Source: Minisyncoccota bacterium
GTDB taxonomy: Bacteria; Patescibacteriota; Minisyncoccia; Phycocordibacterales; JABAAK01
NCBI GenBank assembly: GCA_965216295.1
Contig: OZ244141.1
Coordinates: 161,819 to 225,818, forward strand
Direction of reading: 5' to 3'
Length of the DNA stretch: 64,000 nucleotides
The position numbers and the translations under genes are program-made. The notes beneath the pieces were generated by a model. The model had not been told where the DNA came from. It saw only the letters and a list, made by a program, of their open reading frames with translations, and made no database searches. Of the stretch, positions 18,930 to 28,912 are shown piece by piece. Each line of letters begins with the position of its first letter. Within the stretch, counting starts at the first letter, position 1.

Positions 18930-19487
18930 ATGTCTATTTTCAAAAAAATATTTGGTGGTGAAAAAGGAGCTGAGCACGAAGTGCCTGCTACAGAGAGTGT
19001 GCCAACAAACAAACCACAGGAAGGAGAATCGACGGCACACGAAAAACCTGTTCCAACCGATACACAAACCCTTGTTCATGCTGGGAAACTGCCACGCACC
19101 AAGGTGATGAGGTATAACAGGAAGATACAACAGGCAAAGAGAAAGCAAAAGAGTACGAAGAAGCTTTCTTCACAGGCACCCAAACCAAGTGACCGTATCA
19201 ATGTTTTTGATACTATCATTCGTCCACGGATTACTGAAAAAGCAGCAACGCTCAACGAGAGAAATGTCTATACCTTTGTTGTTCGCAAGGATGCAACAAA
19301 GCAGAGGGTAGCAGATGCTATAGAAGCACTCTATCAAGTGCGACCAAAGCGCGTCTCCATTGCTTCAATTCCAAAGAAACCAAAACGGATGCGTGTTCCA
19401 GGGAAAGAACGACAACATGGATTAACAGGAAAGGGGAAAAAGGCATATGTCTACCTCAAGGATGGTGATTCTATACAACTAACATAA
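18930..19487 (+). CDS. rplW: 50S ribosomal protein L23 with ~90-aa N-terminal extension
   Basis: IIRPRITEKA, YTFVV...ATK and KKAYVYLK. Confidence 0.92.
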   Translation: MSIFKKIFGGEKGAEHEVPATESVPTNKPQEGESTAHEKPVPTDTQTLVHAGKLPRTKVMRYNRKIQQAKRKQKSTKKLSSQAPKPSDRINVFDTIIRPRITEKAATLNERNVYTFVVRKDATKQRVADAIEALYQVRPKRVSIASIPKKPKRMRVPGKERQHGLTGKGKKAYVYLKDGDSIQLT

Positions 19488-19493
19488 CGTTTT

Positions 19494-20339
19494 ATGAAAA
19501 TGAGAAAACTAAAACCAACGACACCAGGATCACGCGGTACTATTTTACCGTGGTACAGCAAACTGCTTTCACAAGGGAATAAGCCACACCGTCCACTGAC
19601 TCGTGGTGCTCATCGTTCTGTTGGACGAGGAGGTCGTATCACCACTCGCCATCGTGGTGGTGGTCATAAACGGCTCTACCGCCAGATTGATTTTCTCTAC
19701 AACAAGCACGACATGCCAGGGAAGATAGAGAGTATTGAATACGATCCAAACAGAACATCTTTTATCTCCCTTGTCTGTTATCAAGATGGTGAACGTCGTT
19801 ACCTCATAACACCAGAAGGCATTGCTGTTGGTGATACGGTCATAACAGCAGAGAGAGCACCAATCAAACCAGGAAACCGCATGATGCTCAAAAACATTCC
19901 TATCGGTTCACGCGTGTATAACGTGGAACTCAAGAAAGATGGTGGTGCTAAGTTGGCACGGTCTGCTGGTAACGCTGCAGAGGTACTTGGTCATGATGGT
20001 ACGAAAGCACACATCCGATTACCATCACATGAGGTACGTAAGGTGCCGACAGCAGCGTTTGCCTCTATTGGGAGCGTTGGGAATGCCTCACACCACCTCT
20101 CAGTGACCGGTAAGGCAGGTCGCACTCGATGGATGGGAAGACGACCAACGGTGCGAGGAAACGCAATGAACCCCGTTGATCACCCACATGGTGGTGGTGA
20201 AGGACGACAAGGGCGTGGGCGCCGTCGTGCAGTGACGAAATGGGGGAAACCTTCTGGGAAAGGGCAGAAGACGCGTAGTCCAAAACGATATTCTGACACA
20301 CTCATTGTGCGTCGTCGAACGAAAAGGAAGAAGAAATAG
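19494..20339 (+). CDS. rplB: 50S ribosomal protein L2
   Basis: IEYDPNRT and MNPVDHPHGGGEG. Confidence 0.98.
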   Translation: MKMRKLKPTTPGSRGTILPWYSKLLSQGNKPHRPLTRGAHRSVGRGGRITTRHRGGGHKRLYRQIDFLYNKHDMPGKIESIEYDPNRTSFISLVCYQDGERRYLITPEGIAVGDTVITAERAPIKPGNRMMLKNIPIGSRVYNVELKKDGGAKLARSAGNAAEVLGHDGTKAHIRLPSHEVRKVPTAAFASIGSVGNASHHLSVTGKAGRTRWMGRRPTVRGNAMNPVDHPHGGGEGRQGRGRRRAVTKWGKPSGKGQKTRSPKRYSDTLIVRRRTKRKKK

Positions 20340-20415
20340 AGCGGATATTGTTTGACCACACACCCATATTCCGTTAGTATGAGGAGTATGCACTGTGTGC
20401 AGAGGTGAATACTAT

Positions 20416-20760
20416 ATGACAAGATCAATTAAAAAAGGTCCCTTTGTGGATGTTAAACTGATGAAGAAAATACAGGGTAAACAGCCCAAAGACGTTGGTG
20501 TTATACGCACATGGGCACGACAAAGTCAGGTGGCACCAGAAATGGTTGGATTTACTTTTGGTGTTCACAACGGCAAGGAGCATATACCAATATTCATTAC
20601 CGAAGAAATGGTAGGGCATGCACTTGGTGAGTTTTCTATGACCAAACGATTTGGACGACACGGTGGTAAGTTACAGAAGGCAGCTGATGAATCAAGGAAG
20701 CAATCAGAGATTGATGCAGCTAAAGCAGCACGAACAACGTCTGCAAGTAAAAAACAATAG
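20416..20760 (+). CDS. rpsS: 30S ribosomal protein S19
   Basis: [17 protein letters not shown] and MVGHALGEF. Confidence 0.97.
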   Translation: MTRSIKKGPFVDVKLMKKIQGKQPKDVGVIRTWARQSQVAPEMVGFTFGVHNGKEHIPIFITEEMVGHALGEFSMTKRFGRHGGKLQKAADESRKQSEIDAAKAARTTSASKKQ

Positions 20761-20763
20761 TGT

Positions 20764-21081
20764 ATGAAAGCAATACTTCGAAATTATCGTCAATCACCAC
20801 GCAAGGTCGCACTTGTTGGTGACGCCATACGGAACAAAGAAGTGTCTGAAGCACTGACTCTTCTTCGCTTCATGGATCAGAAGGCAAGTATTGCTGTTGC
20901 AAAACTCGTCCGTTCTGCGGTTGCTGCCGTCAAAGATCAAGGAGGAAAGACAGAGAACCTCACTATTAAACAGTTGGTGGTTGATAAAGGTCCGACACAG
21001 TACCGTCATCGTCCACGAGCTCGTGGTCGTACAGCACAAATTGCTAAACAGACAAGCCATATAACGATAGAAGTTTTATAA
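20764..21081 (+). CDS. rplV: 50S ribosomal protein L22
   Basis: RQSPRKV, PRARGR and TSHITI. Confidence 0.96.
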   Translation: MKAILRNYRQSPRKVALVGDAIRNKEVSEALTLLRFMDQKASIAVAKLVRSAVAAVKDQGGKTENLTIKQLVVDKGPTQYRHRPRARGRTAQIAKQTSHITIEVL

Positions 21082-21092
21082 TTACAGTATCT

Positions 21093-21764
21093 ATGACACA
21101 CGTATCACATCCATATGGTTTTCGACTAGGAATCACAAAAGATTGGCACACAAATTGGTTTGCTAAGTCACCTGTGAAGTATCGTGCCTTGGTACGTGAA
21201 GATTTTCTCCTAAGACAGTTTTTGGAAAAAGAACTCGTTGATAAGATGGTGAGCAATGTTCGTTTTGAAAGAGACAGCAAGTCATTAGTTATCTTTATTC
21301 GAACGGGACGCCCTGGTTTCATTATTGGTAGAGAAGGAACAGGAGTTGATGTTCTCACGAAAAAAATAAAACACTTTATGAAAAAGCAAAAACTTGATGT
21401 TGGCTTGAAAGTGAGTATTCGTATTGAAGAAGTGCGCTATCACGAGCAAGAGGCAGCGTTGATTGCTGAGTCAGTTTCTGAGATGCTTAAGAAGCGTATG
21501 CCATATCGTCGTGTGATAAAGCAGACAATTGATAAGGTGATGGCAAATCACGAGGTAAAAGGGGCACGTATTGTCCTGTCAGGTCGTCTCGGTGGCGTTG
21601 AGATTGCTCGTCGAGAGCAGGTCAAGCGAGGGAGTATTCCTTTGCAAACCATCCGTGCCGACATTGACTATACTCACAAAGGTGCAATACTTCCATATGG
21701 TACCATCGGCATCAAGGTCTGGATTTATAAAGGAGAGATTGATCAGAAAGATAATAAACGATAA
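21093..21764 (+). CDS. rpsC: 30S ribosomal protein S3
   Basis: HPYGFRLG, SGRLGGVEIAR and PLQTIRADIDY. Confidence 0.97.
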   Translation: MTHVSHPYGFRLGITKDWHTNWFAKSPVKYRALVREDFLLRQFLEKELVDKMVSNVRFERDSKSLVIFIRTGRPGFIIGREGTGVDVLTKKIKHFMKKQKLDVGLKVSIRIEEVRYHEQEAALIAESVSEMLKKRMPYRRVIKQTIDKVMANHEVKGARIVLSGRLGGVEIARREQVKRGSIPLQTIRADIDYTHKGAILPYGTIGIKVWIYKGEIDQKDNKR

Positions 21765-21767
21765 AGT

Positions 21768-22199
21768 ATGTTACTCCCAAAGAAAGTAAAGTATCGTCGT
21801 TGGCAAAAGATGCGTGTTAATCAAGGTAAGCTTCAAAATCGTGTGAGTACTCGTGGTACGAAGGTTTCGTTTGGAGATTTTGGTATGAAGGTACTTGAAG
21901 CTGGCAATATTCGTTCCAACCAGATTGAGGCTGCTCGTCGAGTCATTTCACGCTCAACGGGGAAGGTGGGAAAAACATGGATACGCATTTTTCCTGACAG
22001 ACCAGTCACGAAAAAAGCAGCTGAAGTCCCTATGGGTAAAGGCAAGGGCGATTTGAACTGTTATGAGTTTCGTGTGCTCCCTGGTCGTATCATTTTTGAA
22101 GTGGCAGGGGTTTCCGAGAAACTTGCCCACGAAGCTATCACCAAGGCGGGAAAGAAGTTGCCAGTGCGGATTAAGATGGTCCAGAGGATTGCTGGATAG
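21768..22199 (+). CDS. rplP: 50S ribosomal protein L16
   Basis: QIEAARR, WIRIFPD and MGKGKG. Confidence 0.97.
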   Translation: MLLPKKVKYRRWQKMRVNQGKLQNRVSTRGTKVSFGDFGMKVLEAGNIRSNQIEAARRVISRSTGKVGKTWIRIFPDRPVTKKAAEVPMGKGKGDLNCYEFRVLPGRIIFEVAGVSEKLAHEAITKAGKKLPVRIKMVQRIAG

Positions 22200-22207
22200 T
22201 ATCGTGT

Positions 22208-22426
22208 ATGAAAACAAACAAGAAGACAGCAGGAACACTTACCACAAAGAGTCATGAAGAGCTCATAGAGAAACTTCGTGGATGTAAGAAAGAGTTACAG
22301 CAGGCACGATTTCGTCTCACTCCTGAAACGCAAGCGAAGACGAGTCGTCACAAGGAATTGCGAAAAGAAATTGCACGAATCTCAACCGAACTTGTGGCAA
22401 AGAAAAAAGCATCTCTGAAGGTGTAA
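22208..22426 (+). CDS. rpmC: 50S ribosomal protein L29
   Basis: Position after rplP; LRKEIARIST. Confidence 0.9.
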   Translation: MKTNKKTAGTLTTKSHEELIEKLRGCKKELQQARFRLTPETQAKTSRHKELRKEIARISTELVAKKKASLKV

Positions 22427-22441
22427 GGAGATATAAACTAT

Positions 22442-22729
22442 ATGAAACAAAACGATAAAAAGATATCAGAAAAAAGCGGCGGGAAAGTATTGCAAGGCAC
22501 TGTTGTGTCAGACAAGATGCAAGACACTATTGTTGTTGCAGTCAACCGTTTTGTTAAAAACAAACGGTACAGTAAATATCAAAAGGTAACGAAACGATAC
22601 AGTGTTCATTGTCCAGCAGTAAACGGAACAACGGTTGCGGTTGGTGACAAAGTTTCTATCAAAGAAACCCGTCCCATTTCAAAAACAAAATCATTTGTTC
22701 TTGTTCAGGATACAGAAAAACACGTATGA
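22442..22729 (+). CDS. rpsQ: 30S ribosomal protein S17
   Basis: GTVVSDKMQDTIVV and ETRPISKTK. Confidence 0.96.
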   Translation: MKQNDKKISEKSGGKVLQGTVVSDKMQDTIVVAVNRFVKNKRYSKYQKVTKRYSVHCPAVNGTTVAVGDKVSIKETRPISKTKSFVLVQDTEKHV

Positions 22730-23094
22730 TACAACCACAAACAATAGTCAAAGTAACAGATAATTCAGGAGCTCGTACCGCTCGAGTGTTTAAAGTGCTT
22801 GGTAGTACCAAGCGTCGATATGCTCGCATCGGTGATCGGGTGGTGATAGCGATTCAGACAGCTGAACCACGAAGAACCGTCAAGAAAAAGCAGGTACTCC
22901 ATGCAGTTGTTGTTCGACAACGCAAGCCATTCCGTCGCAATGATGGCTCATACATCAGTTTTAGTGAAAATGCGGTGGTATTGGTTGATAAGAAGAAGGA
23001 ATTGCAGGCAACCCGTGTGTTCGGTCCCGTTCCCCGTGAACTTGATCAATTGGGGTATAAGAAAATAACATCACTTGCCCCAGAGGTTGTTTAA
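22726..23094 (+). CDS. rplN: 50S ribosomal protein L14
   Basis: DNSGAR, TRVFGPVPREL and SLAPEVV. Confidence 0.97.
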   Translation: MIQPQTIVKVTDNSGARTARVFKVLGSTKRRYARIGDRVVIAIQTAEPRRTVKKKQVLHAVVVRQRKPFRRNDGSYISFSENAVVLVDKKKELQATRVFGPVPRELDQLGYKKITSLAPEVV

Positions 23095-23127
23095 GGGGGT
23101 ACATGAGTTGTATAGTAGACATATCAT

Positions 23128-23499
23128 ATGAAAATACGTAGAGGTGATACAGTTATTGTCATTACAGGAAAAAACCGTGGGACGGTTGGTGAGGTATTGC
23201 AAACCATACCAGACAATGAGCGGGTGATTGTTCGTGAGGTAAATATCAGGACACGTCATATAAAACCAAGGAATCGTAGTGAGAAAGGAAGTATTGTGAA
23301 ACAAGAGATGCCCATTGCCATCTCAAACGTTGCTCTCTATGATCCAAAGGTCAAGAAACCGACGCGGGTATACTATGCTGTAGAAGAAACTAAGAATGGT
23401 AGAAAGAAAACACGAATGACGAGGAAGAGTAATACAGTACTTCCTGCGCCATCTGCGCAAAAGAAAACAAAGAAAGTGATAAAGAAAGATGACAAATAG
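23128..23499 (+). CDS. rplX: 50S ribosomal protein L24
   Basis: KIRRGDTVIVITGK (KOW) and EMPIAISNV. Confidence 0.96.
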   Translation: MKIRRGDTVIVITGKNRGTVGEVLQTIPDNERVIVREVNIRTRHIKPRNRSEKGSIVKQEMPIAISNVALYDPKVKKPTRVYYAVEETKNGRKKTRMTRKSNTVLPAPSAQKKTKKVIKKDDK

Positions 23500-23502
23500 T
23501 AT

Positions 23503-24057
23503 ATGAAACAGACACAAGAAAGAATACAGGCATTTTTTGCAGAGAACCGTGAACGATTTCACTGGAGTAACCCTATGCAATCTCCACGGATTGAAAAGGT
23601 AGTTATTTCAGTGGGAACAGGACGCATTCGCAAAGATGCTCAACGAATAAAACTAATCCAAGAAAGACTTGCTCTTATCACTGGACAGAAGTTATCACCT
23701 CGTATTGCAAAAAAATCTATCGCTTCGTTTAAATTACGTAAGGGTGAAGTTATCGGCTATGCAGCAACACTTCGTGGGAATCGCATGATTAGTTTTCTTG
23801 ACCGTCTCTGCCATATAGCATTGCCAAGGACGCGTGACTTTCAAGGTATTCCAAAAAGTGCGGTTGATACAATGGGTAATCTCAGTATCGGTATTCGTGA
23901 ACACACCGTGTTTCCAGAGGTTGCGGATGAAAATCTCCACGACGTATTTAGTTTTTCTGTCACCATCGTTACCACAACAAGCGATAGTGATGTTTCCATT
24001 GCATTTTTAAAAGCAATTGGTATTCCTTTTGTTAGAGAAGAAGAAAAAGAGTCATAG
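23503..24057 (+). CDS. rplE: 50S ribosomal protein L5
   Basis: ITGQK, AKKSIASFKLR and LPRTRDFQG. Confidence 0.97.
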   Translation: MKQTQERIQAFFAENRERFHWSNPMQSPRIEKVVISVGTGRIRKDAQRIKLIQERLALITGQKLSPRIAKKSIASFKLRKGEVIGYAATLRGNRMISFLDRLCHIALPRTRDFQGIPKSAVDTMGNLSIGIREHTVFPEVADENLHDVFSFSVTIVTTTSDSDVSIAFLKAIGIPFVREEEKES

Positions 24058-24205
24058 AAAGGATATTTCTGTTGTTTGACTTTGCTGTGGTGTACTGTTA
24101 CAGTGCATTCACTGGAGATAATCCGCAGTGTTCTCTTTGTTCCCCATCATAATTGCTGGGAAACACAGAAGATATTGGGTGATATTTCTTTGGTAAAAAA
24201 AGTAT

Positions 24206-24475
24206 ATGGCACGAAAAGCAGTCATAGCAAGAAACGAAAAAAGAATCCGTTTGGTGAAGAAGTATGCTGAGAAGCGAAAAGAGCTGAAGAAGCGTGGTGA
24301 TTGGGCTGGACTTCAAAAACTCCCTCGCAACTCCTCACCTGTACGTGTATGTAATCGTTGTTTCATCACTGGACGATCTCACGGATACATGCGCTTGTTT
24401 GGCGTTTCTCGTATCTGTTTTCGTGAACAAGCATTAAGTGGTCATATACCTGGTGTCAAAAAGTCGTCATGGTAA
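24206..24475 (+). CDS. rpsN: 30S ribosomal protein S14 (89-aa, non-CxxC form)
   Basis: [17 protein letters not shown] and IPGVKKSSW. Confidence 0.95.
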   Translation: MARKAVIARNEKRIRLVKKYAEKRKELKKRGDWAGLQKLPRNSSPVRVCNRCFITGRSHGYMRLFGVSRICFREQALSGHIPGVKKSSW

Positions 24476-24864
24476 CAGATGTTGTTGCAGATTTCATTAC
24501 CCGCATTAGAAATGCGAGCGCGGTTAAAAAAGACCGCGTTGCAGTGCCATATTCACAGATGCGCTATAACATCGCACGTAAGCTCGTGTCAAAAAATTTT
24601 CTCACTAAAGTGGAAAAAGAAGGGCATGGTGTTCGCAAACAATTAGTCCTCACACTCTCATACGGTAAAGAGAGGGCACCACAGGTGCGCGGTATTCAAC
24701 GTGTTTCAAAACCAGGATGTCGCGTCTATTCACATATCAAGGATGTTCATCCACACCGGCAAGGGACTGGCTGTGTCATTCTCTCTACTTCAAAAGGTAT
24801 TCTTGCAGACGATGAAGCGCGCAAAGAACGAGTTGGTGGTGAAGTACTTTTTACAATTTGGTAA
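24469..24864 (+). CDS. rpsH: 30S ribosomal protein S8
   Basis: [23 protein letters not shown] and GGEVL. Confidence 0.96.
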   Translation: MVTDVVADFITRIRNASAVKKDRVAVPYSQMRYNIARKLVSKNFLTKVEKEGHGVRKQLVLTLSYGKERAPQVRGIQRVSKPGCRVYSHIKDVHPHRQGTGCVILSTSKGILADDEARKERVGGEVLFTIW

Positions 24865-24865
24865 T

Positions 24866-25408
24866 ATGTCAAGAATTGGTAAACGACCCATCCCCATTCC
24901 AGAAGGTGTCCAGGTGACCTTTGATGGCGCTGTCTTGACTGTGAAAGGACCAAAAGGGACACTGCATCGCGACATCAGGAAAGATGTTGCTATCACGATT
25001 GCTGACGATACCGTTGTTGTCACACCAGCCCTGAAGACACGTATTGTGAAAAGTCTTTGGGGTACCTACGCATCACACATCACTAATATGGTGATCGGGG
25101 TTACCGAAGGATATCGGAAAATTTTGCTCGTTACTGGTGTTGGATATCGGGTTGAGAAGAAAGGAGAGACCATTTCTTTGAAAGTTGGCTTCTCACACAC
25201 GGTGGATCTCTCTATTCCTCAAGGACTTTCGGTGGAGGTGAAAGACAACACTATTACTATTGATGGATTTGATAAAGAATTGGTGGGTGCATTTGCTGCA
25301 GAAGTGCGTGCGGTTAAAAAGGCCGAACCGTATAAAGGGAAGGGTATCCGCTATCACGATGAAGTAGTTCGTCGTAAACAAGGGAAAAAAGCAGCAACAG
25401 CTGCATAA
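24866..25408 (+). CDS. rplF: 50S ribosomal protein L6
   Basis: MSRIGKRPI and EPYKGKGIRY. Confidence 0.97.
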   Translation: MSRIGKRPIPIPEGVQVTFDGAVLTVKGPKGTLHRDIRKDVAITIADDTVVVTPALKTRIVKSLWGTYASHITNMVIGVTEGYRKILLVTGVGYRVEKKGETISLKVGFSHTVDLSIPQGLSVEVKDNTITIDGFDKELVGAFAAEVRAVKKAEPYKGKGIRYHDEVVRRKQGKKAATAA

Positions 25409-25413
25409 CAAGT

Positions 25414-25770
25414 ATGAAACTCAGTACAACAAAACAAAAACAGCAAAAGCGTGATCGTCGCCATATCCGTATTCGTGCAAGAGTACGTGGAACACCAGAG
25501 CGACCACGTCTTGCAATATTTAAATCAAATACCAATGTGTATGCACAGATTATTGATGATACATCAGGAAACACACTCGTTGGAGCTGCCTCTATCAAGA
25601 GTACTGTGAAGGGCAAAACGGCGAAGGCTCAAGAGCTCGGTACTATGATTGCTCAGGAGGCACAAAAGAAAGGTATCAGTGCGGTTGTGTTTGATCGTGG
25701 CGGATTTATGTACACTGGCGTTGTTGCGACATTTGCCGATGCTGCACGAAAGGGAGGGTTACTATTCTAG
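25414..25770 (+). CDS. rplR: 50S ribosomal protein L18
   Basis: RPRLAIFKSN and VFDRGG. Confidence 0.96.
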   Translation: MKLSTTKQKQQKRDRRHIRIRARVRGTPERPRLAIFKSNTNVYAQIIDDTSGNTLVGAASIKSTVKGKTAKAQELGTMIAQEAQKKGISAVVFDRGGFMYTGVVATFADAARKGGLLF

Positions 25771-25773
25771 CGT

Positions 25774-26370
25774 ATGGTTGAAGAAACAATGAAACAAGAA
25801 GATAAAAAAAAGAAGGTAACTTCTGAAAGCGCAGCTGTTGTGAAAAAAGAAGATCCATTCAAAAAAGAAGGAAAATCACCATTTGCAAAAAAAGGTAAGA
25901 AAGGTAATGAACGATTTTCAAAGACTCGGTATGGTCGTAGTCAAAATCGTAACGAAGTTGATCGCCAACTTCTTTCTGTTCGTCGTGTTGCTCGTGTGGT
26001 TGCAGGTGGTCGTCGTTTCAGTTTAAGTGTTGCCGTTGGTGTTGGTGATCGTCAGGGTCGCGTTGGTATTGGAACAGGAAAGGGACCAGATATGGCAACA
26101 GCTATGGAAAAGGCAACAAACAAAGCGCGAAAGAATATGATTACTATACCACTCACCAAAAATGGGAGTATTCCTCATGAGACACAGGCAAAGTACTGTT
26201 CATCAATGATTGCACTTCGTCCTGCTGAGGGGTTTGTTGCAGGAGGCGCGGTGCGCATCATCAGTGAACTTGCGGGTATCAAAAAGATAAGTGCAAAGAT
26301 ACTCTCGAGGAGTAAGAGTCAGTTGAACAACGCTCGCGCTACGCTCAAAGCATTGTCGCAATGCAAGTAA
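25774..26370 (+). CDS. rpsE: 30S ribosomal protein S5
   Basis: RRVARVVAGGRRFS and AGGAVR. Confidence 0.96.
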   Translation: MVEETMKQEDKKKKVTSESAAVVKKEDPFKKEGKSPFAKKGKKGNERFSKTRYGRSQNRNEVDRQLLSVRRVARVVAGGRRFSLSVAVGVGDRQGRVGIGTGKGPDMATAMEKATNKARKNMITIPLTKNGSIPHETQAKYCSSMIALRPAEGFVAGGAVRIISELAGIKKISAKILSRSKSQLNNARATLKALSQCK

Positions 26371-26379
26371 AAAGACTAT

Positions 26380-26985
26380 ATGTTACACACCATCTCTTCT
26401 CCTAAAAAAACTAAGAAGCGTATTGGTCGTGGCGGAAACCGTGGTAAAAATGCTGGTCGTGGGGACAAGGGACAAAAGTCACGTGCCGGTCACTGTATTC
26501 GTCCTGCCATTCGTGATGTTCTACAACGTATTCCCAAGTTGCGCGGACATGGAAAGAATCGTTCACGAGGTGTTCGTGGCGGTCTATCAAGCATCGTTCA
26601 GATAAATCTCACCAAACTTGCAGAACGTTGCAAAGAGGGTGATACGATTTCACCAAAACGTCTTGAACACATGGGATTGATTGGTAAGTTGCGAGGGAAA
26701 ACACCAACAGTGAAAGTTTTGAGTGTTGGTGATATAACAAAAGCAATTCACGTTTATCACTGTTCTGTTTCTGCTCGTGCTGCTGATAAAATTATTAAAG
26801 CGGGAGGAAGTGTCCATGGTGGTACAAAAAAGGCGAAGATAAGGAGAGGTGTTCAGGGTGATACAAAAGAGACGAACACAAAGAGTGGTATAAAAGAGAC
26901 GAAGGCAAAGAAGAGTGATACAAAAAAAGAGACGAAGGCAAAGAAGAGTGATACAAAAAAAGAGACGAAAGTGAAGAAAGAATAG
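26380..26985 (+). CDS. rplO: 50S ribosomal protein L15 with repetitive Lys-rich tail
   Basis: RIGRGG.RGKNAGRGDKGQKSR; follows rpsE directly, with no rpmD. Confidence 0.93.
   Translation: MLHTISSPKKTKKRIGRGGNRGKNAGRGDKGQKSRAGHCIRPAIRDVLQRIPKLRGHGKNRSRGVRGGLSSIVQINLTKLAERCKEGDTISPKRLEHMGLIGKLRGKTPTVKVLSVGDITKAIHVYHCSVSARAADKIIKAGGSVHGGTKKAKIRRGVQGDTKETNTKSGIKETKAKKSDTKKETKAKKSDTKKETKVKKE
26858..26978 (+). repeat. ~30-bp tandem repeats in the rplO 3' end (KETKAKKSDT-like)
   Basis: aagagtgatacaaaaaaagagacgaaggca-like unit repeated about 3-4 times. Confidence 0.75.
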
Positions 26986-26993
26986 AATAGTAT

Positions 26994-28280
26994 ATGTTTG
27001 AAAAGACAAAAACATTTTTTACTGACGGATACCTACTGAAAAGGTTTGTCATTCTTATTGTTGGCCTTATTCTCTTTCGTATTCTTGCTACGATACCATT
27101 GCCACAGTTTGATTCCAATATTATTGCCTCTATTGTTGGTCAAAACCAACTCCTCGGTGTCTTCGATATATTCTCTGGAGGTGGTCTTTCAAACCTCTCC
27201 GTTGCGATGTTGGGTGTTTTCCCATACATTACCGTTGCCATTGTAGTGCAACTGTTGACTGTTGTTTCCCCTGCTATTCATTCCCTGTATCACGAAGAAG
27301 GTGAGATAGGGAGGAAAAAAGTATCGTACTGGAGTCGTGTTGCAACGGTACCTGTTGCAATATTGAACGCAACCGGTATTCTTGCATACTTCACGGTACA
27401 AGGATTTCTTCCCGAGGCGATTGCACTCTCTGAGTACATTAGTGCCATTGTGTTAATTGTTGCTGGAAGTTTGCTTTTGATGTGGATTGGTGAACTTATC
27501 ACGGAGTTTGGTATTGGTAATGGTATTTCATTCATTGTGTTTGCTGGTATTGTGGTGAATATTCCCGTATTAGTAAACACACTCTTACAAAATATTGATG
27601 TCGCGACACCGTTGGCAGACCTTCCATTCCTCATTACCATTGCAGTAGGTATTTTTGTTGCCACCATGTTTGCCATTTGGATGAATGAGGCGGATCGTCC
27701 CATTCCCATCACCTATGCTCGATACGGTATTTCTCACGGCTCAACGGCAAGTCGTGTTGATACTTACATTCCTATCAAGGTGAATCCAGTTGGAGTGCTT
27801 TCTATTATTTTTGCTTTGACTGTCACTGCTTTTTTTCAATTCATTTTCCGATGGATGAGTGGTTTAGATACGGCTGCACTTGCAGCGGTCGGTCAAGCAG
27901 TCACTGATTTTCTTGCGGTTGGTTTTTTCTACGCGATACCGCTCGGTGTTCTCACAGCATTCTTCACCTACTTCCACGCCCCTATTGTATTCAATGTTCA
28001 GAAAGTGGCTGATAACATTCAAAAACAAGGAGCTTTCGTTCCTGGATTGCGCCCCGGTGAAGAAACAGCAAGGCACTTTGGAGAAACCTTACAACGAATT
28101 ATCTTCTATGCCGCTTTGTTCCTAACAACTATTACGGTCGTTCCGTTTTTCTTTAGTGGAGCAACGGCAAACACCTTCCTCTTTGCTGTTGGTGGAACAG
28201 GACTCATCATTATCGTGTCTGTGGTGATGGATATACATCGAAAAGTGAGCACTCGTCTTGCTCATGTAATGGGTACATAA
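26994..28280 (+). CDS. secY: Preprotein translocase subunit SecY
   Basis: LGVFPYIT, WIGELITEFGIGNGIS and VPGLRPG. Confidence 0.97.
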   Translation: MFEKTKTFFTDGYLLKRFVILIVGLILFRILATIPLPQFDSNIIASIVGQNQLLGVFDIFSGGGLSNLSVAMLGVFPYITVAIVVQLLTVVSPAIHSLYHEEGEIGRKKVSYWSRVATVPVAILNATGILAYFTVQGFLPEAIALSEYISAIVLIVAGSLLLMWIGELITEFGIGNGISFIVFAGIVVNIPVLVNTLLQNIDVATPLADLPFLITIAVGIFVATMFAIWMNEADRPIPITYARYGISHGSTASRVDTYIPIKVNPVGVLSIIFALTVTAFFQFIFRWMSGLDTAALAAVGQAVTDFLAVGFFYAIPLGVLTAFFTYFHAPIVFNVQKVADNIQKQGAFVPGLRPGEETARHFGETLQRIIFYAALFLTTITVVPFFFSGATANTFLFAVGGTGLIIIVSVVMDIHRKVSTRLAHVMGT

Positions 28281-28906
28281 TGGAGAGTATGCAGATATCC
28301 TGTCATAATACCGCTTACCTTTTTTTTGGGATTCCTGGTTCTGGTAAGAGTACTCAAAGAAAAAAGTTGGCTGAAACATTTACCGAAGAAAAGCTATCAT
28401 TCATTCAACTTGATACTGGTTCTCTCATTAGAGACTTCATAGCCTCAAAGAAGAAAACCGCATTGGCAATAAAAATACAACAAGTCCTTGATAAAGGTGC
28501 GTTGCTCCCATCATCTTTTCCAGTATGGCTTTGGATGAACACTCTTGTTGCAGGATACCGAGACGGTGATGCCATTATCGTCGACGGTGGCGGAAGAAAA
28601 CCAATTGAAGCAAAACTCCTCGTAGAGTTACTCGCATTTATTGGAGTGGATACTGTGAAAGGTGTTCTCCTTGAAGTGTCAGATGAAAACGCGATAGAAC
28701 GATTGGGGACACGCGGTCGTCCTGATGATGCTGATGAGTCGGTACAACATCGCTTACAGATCTATCGTGATGAGAAGGAGGGGACAACAGGCTCTATTAC
28801 CTTTCTTGAAAAACATCCACAGGTTCAGATGCACCATATTGATGGTTCGGGAACACCACAAGATGTCCATACCCGCCTGTTAAAAACACTTTTTCCAAAT
28901 ACATAA
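28280..28906 (+). CDS. adk: Adenylate kinase (short LID)
   Basis: P-loop GIPGSGKST, DGGGR and RGRPDD; position after secY. Confidence 0.85.
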   Translation: MESMQISCHNTAYLFFGIPGSGKSTQRKKLAETFTEEKLSFIQLDTGSLIRDFIASKKKTALAIKIQQVLDKGALLPSSFPVWLWMNTLVAGYRDGDAIIVDGGGRKPIEAKLLVELLAFIGVDTVKGVLLEVSDENAIERLGTRGRPDDADESVQHRLQIYRDEKEGTTGSITFLEKHPQVQMHHIDGSGTPQDVHTRLLKTLFPNT

Positions 28907-28912
28907 CGATTT

